Shown here piece by piece: positions 26,363 through 32,000 of a DNA stretch of 32,000 nucleotides (positions are counted from its first letter, which is position 1; the number at the start of each line of letters is the position of its first letter). Made by a program: the position numbers and the translations under genes. Origin of the DNA: Thermoproteota archaeon (lineage in GTDB: Archaea; Korarchaeota; Korarchaeia; B14-G2); the NCBI GenBank assembly GCA_037917675.1, contig JAVCBW010000043.1, forward strand, positions 6,810 to 38,809, written 5' to 3'. The notes under the pieces are model-generated. The model was not told where the DNA came from, ran no database searches, and was given only the letters and a program-made list of their open reading frames with translations.

Positions 26363-27151
26363 ATGGATCTCGGGCTTAGAGGGAAGTCTGCTCTAGTGAC
26401 TGCGTCAAGTAAGGGGATTGGGCTAGCCATAGCAGCTGAGCTAGCTAGGGAAGGGGCTGAGGTGATGATATCCTCTAGGAGAGAGGAGAATTTGAGGGAG
26501 GCTGCAGCTGAAATAGAGAGGGAGACAGGCTTTAGGCCACAGTGGAAGAGAGCTGACCTCACAGTCAGAGAGGACGTGGAGGCCTTAGCCAAGTGGGCTC
26601 TAGATCAAAATGGAGTCGATATACTCGTCTTTAACACTGGAGGGCCTAGGCCAGGAGGCTTCTTTACCCTAAGTGAGGGAGACTGGCTTCATGCATTCGA
26701 GCTTCTCCTCATGAGTGCAGTGAGGCTCTGCAGGATGCTAGCTCCAAGGATGGCTGAGAGGAGGTGGGGGAGGATAGTCTTCGTGACCTCAGTAGCCATA
26801 AAGCAGCCTGAGCCCCAGATAGCTTTGTCAAACATAGTCAGGCTGAGCCTAGCAGGCCTAGTGAAGCAGCTTTCAATAGAGCTGGCAAGACACAACGTCT
26901 TGGTCAACGCTGTCATGCCTGGCTTAACCCTAACTCAGAGGCTAAGAGAGTATGCTGAGCACCTAGCTTCCCAGAGTGGGAGGCAGCTACCTGAAGTCCT
27001 GGAGGAGATGGCTGAAGCCTCAGACATCAAGAGGATAGCTAAGCCAGAGGAGATAGCCTGGGCTGTCACATTCCTAGCAAGCGAGAAAGCTAGCTTCATA
27101 ACAGGAGCAGTCATACCAGTAGATGGAGGCAGGATAAGATGTGTGCTTTAA
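26363..27151 (+). CDS. SDR-family oxidoreductase (FabG/BKR-like subgroup with an atypical catalytic motif)
   Basis: VTASSKGIGLAIA is the glycine-rich NAD(P) motif, with NTGGP and VNAVMPG also present. The usual YxxxK position aligns with SNIVR (ALSNIVRLSLAGLVKQLSIELA). Confidence 0.88.
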   Translation: MDLGLRGKSALVTASSKGIGLAIAAELAREGAEVMISSRREENLREAAAEIERETGFRPQWKRADLTVREDVEALAKWALDQNGVDILVFNTGGPRPGGFFTLSEGDWLHAFELLLMSAVRLCRMLAPRMAERRWGRIVFVTSVAIKQPEPQIALSNIVRLSLAGLVKQLSIELARHNVLVNAVMPGLTLTQRLREYAEHLASQSGRQLPEVLEEMAEASDIKRIAKPEEIAWAVTFLASEKASFITGAVIPVDGGRIRCVL

Positions 27152-27177
27152 GCTAGCTCACAGGAGTCAAGCCTAGG

Positions 27178-28254
27178 CTACTCCCCCAGCTGCCTAGCGG
27201 TTTTAGCTGCCTCAGAGGATCTCCTCAAGCACTCTAGCGCCAGGCTGTAGCTGGGGAAGCTGCCTAGCCCACACTCAGGGCTAGAGTAAGCTGCCCTCTC
27301 CCCATAGAGCTCTATGGCTCGCCTAGCTCTCCTAGCCATAAGCTCAGTGCTCTCAAGGTACTCTGCTCCACCAGCTAGCTCAGACCTTATTCTAGCCCAG
27401 ACCTCACCTAGCCTGCTTTCACCAGCCTTCTCAGCTATGAGGGCATCAAGATCCGTCCTACATATGCTAGCTGCAACAAGCTTATCATACTCCTCAAACC
27501 TAGTGTCTCTGCTCTCATATATGGGATCCCCAACATGAGAATGGATCACCTTGAGGTGCTCAACCTCCCAGAAGACTGGGTTAGCAGTGGTATGTAGGTG
27601 GAAGCCTACCTCAGCTCCAAGAGAGGAAGCCTTATGACAGATCTGCTCCCAAGCCTTAAGCAGAGCCTCACGCCCAGCAGACTCAGGGTCCAGCAGAGGG
27701 TCGTCTAGAAGCCCTAGGACAGGCTCATCTACGAAAAACAGAGCAACCCTAATGCCTCTAAGGCTAAAGACAGAGGCTTCAGTGAACCCAGTGACAGCCT
27801 CACCTAGCTGAGCTATGAGCTCAGGAGTCCTCACCTTAAACAGAGTCGAGAGAGTATAGGGGCCTGTAACACAAGCCCTTATCTCTGAGACACCAAGCTC
27901 CCTAAGCACACTCAGGTTACGCTTCAAGACCTCAAGCTCAGGCACCTTAGGAGATGGAGCTCTAAGCCTCCCCTCAACCTCATAGCCTCCTCTAGCTCTC
28001 GTGACACCCACCACCTGCCTCATGAACATCTCATTCATATCCCTAAGCTGAGGATAGCTCGGCACCTCAACACCAGCCCTAACCTTATCCCCTAAGCTCC
28101 TCAAGACAACTCTCTCAAAGACCTCAGCTAGCCTCCTCTCAGTTAAATAGCCTACTACGCTCACGTAAGCTGAGGCAGCTCTATCCATATCTACCCTAGG
28201 CTCAGCTAGAGGAAGGCTCCCGACGTCAGTCGCCCTCAGCAAGCCTGCTCCCAA
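27178..28254 (-). CDS. Single-domain cobalamin-independent methionine synthase (MetE C-terminal domain)-like protein
   Basis: TDVGSLP at the N-terminus, VTGPYTL, FFVDEPVLG (the xQxDEP-like motif), GFHLHT, and a C-terminal SPECGLGS (zinc Cys). At 358 aa it lacks the N-terminal folate-binding barrel of full-length MetE. It starts with TTG. Confidence 0.78.
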   Translation of the reverse strand: MGAGLLRATDVGSLPLAEPRVDMDRAASAYVSVVGYLTERRLAEVFERVVLRSLGDKVRAGVEVPSYPQLRDMNEMFMRQVVGVTRARGGYEVEGRLRAPSPKVPELEVLKRNLSVLRELGVSEIRACVTGPYTLSTLFKVRTPELIAQLGEAVTGFTEASVFSLRGIRVALFFVDEPVLGLLDDPLLDPESAGREALLKAWEQICHKASSLGAEVGFHLHTTANPVFWEVEHLKVIHSHVGDPIYESRDTRFEEYDKLVAASICRTDLDALIAEKAGESRLGEVWARIRSELAGGAEYLESTELMARRARRAIELYGERAAYSSPECGLGSFPSYSLALECLRRSSEAAKTARQLGE

Positions 28255-28293
28255 AGCATTCCCTCACAAGCCATGATGGGAGCACAGAGGAGG

Positions 28294-29067
28294 CTACTCC
28301 CTGCCGCCCGACCTCTCAAACACTTCCACAGCAGGATATACTACGACGCCTTTACTGGTTATCTTGAATGGATGTAGCCTATTGCTATGTGCTGACCCCC
28401 TCATCTTCACTACTTCTATCGCTCTAATCCTCTCTGCCTTACTTCTCATGTTATATAGGACTATGACGCCATCAGCTACATAGGGCTCTACTCCAAACAG
28501 TGTGGCCTCTGCTGTAGGAGATGTGAGCTCAGCTACCACTAGTGATGTGATGCCCTCAAGCTGTGAGAGCATCCTGATGAGCTGTAGTATGTGCATCCTA
28601 GCCTCAAAGAGCTCCCTATACTGGAGTATGAGCGGGGTCAGAGAGTCTATGACAACTCTCTCCGCCCTACACCTGCTACATGCATCCTTCACAAGCGTTA
28701 TGAGAGTAGTCATGTCAAAGTCTCTTTCACCAAGCACTCCAGGAGCTCTGACTGCAAACATCGATGTAGTTAATGGGGAGTAGAACGGTGATGCATCCAC
28801 TATCTCTATCAGCCCCTTCTCCTTCAGCTTACCTAGATCCCATCCAAACTGCCTTGCAGTATGGAATATAGAGTCTACACTCTCCTCTAGTGTCACATAG
28901 ACTCCTCGCTCACCATGCTCTACTGCACCAGCATAGAGGAACTGAAGCGCGAATATAGTCTTACCAGCACCAGGGCCACCGAGCAGCAGATATGTTCTAC
29001 CCTTAAGCAGACCTCCACCAGCAATCTCATCAAAACCTGGAATCCCACTCCTTACTCTCTCAGACAT
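28294..29067 (-). CDS. KaiC-like single-domain RecA-superfamily ATPase (canonical)
   Basis: SGIPGFDEIAGGGLLKGRTYLLLGGPGAGKT (Walker A), VYVTLEES (catalytic EE), RVVIDSLTPL (Walker B), IEVVKMRGSAHSNRLHPFKITSKGVVV. Confidence 0.9.
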   Translation of the reverse strand: MSERVRSGIPGFDEIAGGGLLKGRTYLLLGGPGAGKTIFALQFLYAGAVEHGERGVYVTLEESVDSIFHTARQFGWDLGKLKEKGLIEIVDASPFYSPLTTSMFAVRAPGVLGERDFDMTTLITLVKDACSRCRAERVVIDSLTPLILQYRELFEARMHILQLIRMLSQLEGITSLVVAELTSPTAEATLFGVEPYVADGVIVLYNMRSKAERIRAIEVVKMRGSAHSNRLHPFKITSKGVVVYPAVEVFERSGGRE

Positions 29068-29093
29068 GCTATCCCAATACCCAGTTTCCTCAC

Positions 29094-29106
29094 CTTAAAT
29101 ATTTTT
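29094..29106 (-). promoter_or_regulatory. TATA-like box for the canonical KaiC-like gene
   Basis: The minus strand reads GAAAAATATTTAAGG, with the core 27-39 nt upstream of ATG 29067. Confidence 0.4.
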
Positions 29107-29220
29107 CACCAAGCTAGGCCAGAAGCCTGAGGCGTCTACTCTACTGGAATACTATGATGTCATTGCCAGCACAGCAGCACTTCTGCTGAGAGCTTAGCTA
29201 AAAACCCCTGCCCGGCGAGC

Positions 29221-29237
29221 TTTTTAAAAATTTATTA
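29221..29237 (+). promoter_or_regulatory. AT-rich TATA-like element for the divergent KaiC-like pair
   Basis: TTTTTAAAAATTTATTA lies 41-57 nt upstream of TTG 29278 (ATG 29290 is an alternative start). Confidence 0.4.
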
Positions 29238-29277
29238 AGCTAAGCATTGCTGTGACACCTGGGTCTGGGCGATACCG

Positions 29278-29982
29278 TTGCGAGATTCTATGAGGCTGCT
29301 CTTCGAGCCTTCTTCTATCATTCCAGGCCTCGAGAAGCTCATATATGAGCCGATTCCTAGTGGGACTATACTGCTAGCTGGCCCACCAGGCTCAGGTAAG
29401 TCTACGTTTGCAGGCCAGTTTCTAGCTGAAGGGCTGAAGCGAGGAGAGCCCTGCTTAGCTGTTGTGACAGACATGCCGCCAGCTCGCCTCGTAAGAAGCC
29501 TAGAAGAGAGGTGGATGGTTAGAGGCAGTCTGGTGAGGGCTCTCAGGGTAATTGACTGTTATAGCTGGAGGCTTGTGAGACCATCCCAGAAGCAGGAGTA
29601 TCCTGTAGTGAGGGATCTTACTACTCTGATGGTTGAGATAGAGAAGCTGAGGAAGGGAATGAAGAGGCTAGCCTTAGATAGCCTGAGCACCTTAGCCTTA
29701 GACCATGGGCTTCAGGCTACAAGAGACTTCTTTAATACCCTCAGAGCCAGGGTTCTTGAAGGAAATATGCTGAGCCTTGTGACTCTAGAGCAGGAGGTCC
29801 ATACGATTTCATTTGAGAGAACTCTCTCTTACCTAGCTGAGAACGTGGTTAAGCTCAAGCTCACAGAGGAGAAGGGGAAGATAAGGAGGTACATTAAAGT
29901 GCTATCATCTAGGGTATCTCACTCAACAAGCTGGCTTCCCTACGAGGTGACTGATAGAGGCTTCCTAATAGGGGCCCCCTAG
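29278..29982 (+). CDS. Divergent KaiC-like ATPase (K2)
   Basis: IIPGLEKLIYEPIPSGTILLAGPPGSGKST (Walker A), RLALDSLSTL (Walker B), IRRYIKVLSSRVSHSTSWLPYEVTDRGFLI. The EE position reads VVTDM. Confidence 0.8.
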   Translation: MRDSMRLLFEPSSIIPGLEKLIYEPIPSGTILLAGPPGSGKSTFAGQFLAEGLKRGEPCLAVVTDMPPARLVRSLEERWMVRGSLVRALRVIDCYSWRLVRPSQKQEYPVVRDLTTLMVEIEKLRKGMKRLALDSLSTLALDHGLQATRDFFNTLRARVLEGNMLSLVTLEQEVHTISFERTLSYLAENVVKLKLTEEKGKIRRYIKVLSSRVSHSTSWLPYEVTDRGFLIGAP

Positions 29983-30048
29983 TCTCAGCTGGCATGCCCT
30001 AGAGGGCTCTGGGGTCATGGGTGCTGGATAAGGCCTTGGGCCCAGCAT

Positions 30049-30073
30049 CTATGCTTCCTGATAGGAAGCATAG
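30049..30073 (+). terminator. Perfect 10-bp stem / 5-nt loop hairpin between the K2 and K3 genes
   Basis: CTATGCTTCC-tgata-GGAAGCATAG sits 66 nt after the K2 stop and is followed by GGTTTATT. It could be a terminator or attenuator, or an RNA or protein binding element. Confidence 0.4.
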
Positions 30074-30150
30074 GAGGGTGAAGGTTTATTAGCTCAGATG
30101 TGCTTAAACATTAGGTTCTTAGGTGTGCTTAAGTATGTTTAGGTTCATAT

Positions 30151-30795
30151 TTGTCTAGCCCTCTAGATATGCTTGCTGAGCCAGCTGGAGGGCTTCTGCT
30201 TATACTGGAGCCGCCTGGTAGCGGGAAGTCTACTTTAGTTAAGAGGTACTTGGCTGAAGGCCTGGCTAGAGGGGAGCATTGTATGGCTGCTGTCATAGAT
30301 GAGTTTCCTCATAGGTTTGAGCTGGGGCTACAGGAGCAAGTTGATGTCGATATATCTGAGAGGCTTGAAGAGGGCTTGCTGCACATGCTAGACTTCTTCA
30401 CCTGGAGGGGTGAGGTGCTTGTTGGAGACATGAAGTATAGGATGGCTACATCCCTGGATGCTATTATAGCTGAAGCTGAGGTTACTGGCTCACGGAGGAT
30501 TGCTGTAGACTCCATTACGACGCTAGCCTTCTACTTCCCAGCTGATGGCGTGTGGAGGTTCCTTGACACGCTTAGAGTCAGGGCAGCTCTTAGAGGGAGC
30601 TCTATTGTAGCGACACTAGAGCAGGGAGTTCTCTCAGAGAGATTTCAGGAGAGCATCAGGCACATAGCAGATTACATGCTAGAGTTGAGGTTAAGGGAGC
30701 GTAGGGTGCTCTGGGGTGAGCAGGCTAGGAGGTATGTTAGGCTAGCTGTGCCAAGAAGAGCTCAGGTAGGCAATTGGGTCAAGCTTGAGAGCTAG
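30151..30795 (+). CDS. Divergent KaiC-like ATPase (K3), paralogue of K2
   Basis: LLLILEPPGSGKSTLVKRYLAEGLARGEHCMAAVIDE (Walker A with the first Gly replaced by Glu), RIAVDSITTL (Walker B), ARRYVRLAVPRR. TTG 30151 or ATG 30169 could be the start. Confidence 0.75.
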   Translation: MSSPLDMLAEPAGGLLLILEPPGSGKSTLVKRYLAEGLARGEHCMAAVIDEFPHRFELGLQEQVDVDISERLEEGLLHMLDFFTWRGEVLVGDMKYRMATSLDAIIAEAEVTGSRRIAVDSITTLAFYFPADGVWRFLDTLRVRAALRGSSIVATLEQGVLSERFQESIRHIADYMLELRLRERRVLWGEQARRYVRLAVPRRAQVGNWVKLES

Positions 30796-30806
30796 TAGCT
30801 CTCTCT

Positions 30807-32000
30807 GTGTCAACAGTTATCTATAGCCTTCTATGTGAGGTGCTGGGTGAGGTCTTGAGCTATGTGTCATATGGTGGCGCTAGGGCTCAGTCAGCTGAAG
30901 GCTCTTTGCCCTTGAAGGCTAGGCGTGTCCTGGAGGACTCTGGGGCTCTTGACGGCCTTTCTAGAGGAGACGTTGCGCTGGTGAAGGTTCATATGGGAGA
31001 GAAGTGGAGCTTCAGGAGCTTAAGGCCTAAGCTTGTCAGGAGCATAGTTGATGCTATCAGGGAGGCTGGAGGGAAGCCTGTGGTAGGTGACACGACAGGT
31101 GTTTCTCTGCTATCGAGTAGGGGGACAGCCTTAGGCTACCTTGAGGTGGCTTGGAGCAACGGGTTCACCTCGCAGGTGCTGGGGGCTCCAGTTGTCATCT
31201 TAGATGGCTTGAAGGGCCTGCACTATGTGAGGCTTAAGGCTGGTAGGGTTCTTGGTGAGGTTGAGGCTGCAGCAGGGGTATTGGAGGCAGACTTCATCTT
31301 AAGTGTAGCCCACTTTAAGGGGCATGCGCGGACTGGTATAGGTGGCGCTATCAAGAACATCGGGGTAGGCTGCCTCTCTAAGACAGGGAAGGCTAGAGTA
31401 CACTTGGCTAGGAAGCCTTGGGTGAAGCCTGAGCTCTGTGATGGATGTGGGAGGTGTGTTGAGTTCTGTCCAGCTGGTGCAATAGAGCTCGTAGATGCGA
31501 AGGCTAGAGTCATAGATGAGGTTTGCCTATGGGGCTGTGGCTGCTGGGAGCTGTGTAGAGCTTTCAGCACATGGGGTGAGATGCATAGGAGCAATAGAGA
31601 GATGACTATGGCTGTAGCTGAGGCAGCTAAGGCTATCCTGGAGAGGTTCAGAGGGAAGATAGGCTTCGTCAACTACCTGGTTGACATAACCTTACACTGT
31701 GACTGCTCACCTTTCTCAGATATACCTGTAGCACACGATATAGGAGTGGTTGCGTCAAGAGACCCTGTTGCAGCAGACAGGGCTTCAGTTGACCTAGTGA
31801 ATTCAGCTAGAGCCTACTCTCTGCTAGCAGAGGAGCTGGGGCTCTCAGAGCCTGGGGTAGACAAGTTCTCAGCACTCCACCTATATGAGCCTACAGCAGA
31901 TTTCTCGAGGCATGGAAAGCCGAGCTGGAAGGCTTTGCTAGACTATGCTGAGCAGCTAGGTCTAGGATCACAAGCCTACTCGATAGCTGAGGTAATGTAG
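30807..32000 (+). CDS. DUF362 protein with an inserted 4Fe-4S ferredoxin-type domain
   Basis: DUF362 segments are ALVKVHMGE, VAHFKGHARTGIGGAIKNIGVG and VVASRDPVAADRASVDLV. The insert has CDGCGRCVEFCPAGAI plus a second atypical Cys cluster, CLWGCGCWELC. The true start may be TTG/GTG at about 30846-30855. It lies 11 nt after K3. Confidence 0.8.
   Translation: MSTVIYSLLCEVLGEVLSYVSYGGARAQSAEGSLPLKARRVLEDSGALDGLSRGDVALVKVHMGEKWSFRSLRPKLVRSIVDAIREAGGKPVVGDTTGVSLLSSRGTALGYLEVAWSNGFTSQVLGAPVVILDGLKGLHYVRLKAGRVLGEVEAAAGVLEADFILSVAHFKGHARTGIGGAIKNIGVGCLSKTGKARVHLARKPWVKPELCDGCGRCVEFCPAGAIELVDAKARVIDEVCLWGCGCWELCRAFSTWGEMHRSNREMTMAVAEAAKAILERFRGKIGFVNYLVDITLHCDCSPFSDIPVAHDIGVVASRDPVAADRASVDLVNSARAYSLLAEELGLSEPGVDKFSALHLYEPTADFSRHGKPSWKALLDYAEQLGLGSQAYSIAEVM

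Noticed and set aside
29154-29189. C/D-box sRNA-like motifs: ATGATGT...CTGA here, and ATGATGT...CTGA at 8684-8702
   Set aside because: The box C to box D spacing is only about 25 nt here and about 9 nt at the second site. There are no C'/D' boxes and no terminal stem, so this is too short for a guide sRNA.
2191-31672. Long antisense ORFs opposite real genes: 2191..2634, 4946..5353, 6455..6988, 10603..11121, 14213..14767, 16939..17505, 23975..24394 and 31223..31672
   Set aside because: All are S/L/A/T-rich and low in complexity, have no motifs, and are fully nested in strongly supported genes on the other strand. They are a by-product of the codon bias.
1-32000. CRISPR arrays, rRNA genes, IS elements with transposase, integrase genes and att-like repeats
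   Set aside because: I looked for regularly spaced repeats, transposase or integrase motifs and terminal inverted repeats. I found none.

Overview
This looks like an archaeal chromosomal segment. The evidence is a ThiD-ThiN fusion, a thiolase+DUF35 pair, Lrp/AsnC regulators, several KaiC-like ATPases, HEPN/nucleotidyltransferase pairs, and TATA-like boxes 25-35 nt upstream of start codons. A TACK/Thermoproteota-type lineage is my inference only. I support about 30 intact CDS. In order they are: a partial AlaX editing protein; a translationally coupled corrinoid protein / non-pyrrolysine MttB-family methyltransferase / RACo-RamA-type activase operon (1563-5357); thiDN; a LutA-LutB-DUF362 operon (9168-12247); thiolase+DUF35; a COG2522-like HTH regulator; a secreted protein with an internal duplication; an intact HEPN+nucleotidyltransferase pair; glnA flanked by two Lrp regulators; a minus-strand block of membrane and hydrolase genes (CPBP protease, MBL, HAD); an SDR; a single-domain MetE-like protein; and three adjacent KaiC-like ATPase genes followed by a ferredoxin-containing DUF362 gene (28294-32000). 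I recognised no rRNA, tRNA, CRISPR array or intact mobile element. Two window-level features stand out. First, about 5.9 kb has no intact gene, and there I could reconstruct six decayed genes by hand: HEPN and MNT, a KaiC-like gene, a VapC PIN gene, and a DUF3368-PIN gene with its UPF0175 antitoxin. All long housekeeping genes are intact. Second, TTG start codons are very frequent and CTAG/AGCT tetramers are very abundant. My best candidates for something new are the KaiC-like triad plus Fe-S DUF362 module, the orphan MttB/corrinoid/activase operon, and the recurrent DUF362 genes at operon ends. All functional calls come from motifs read by eye, with no database search.
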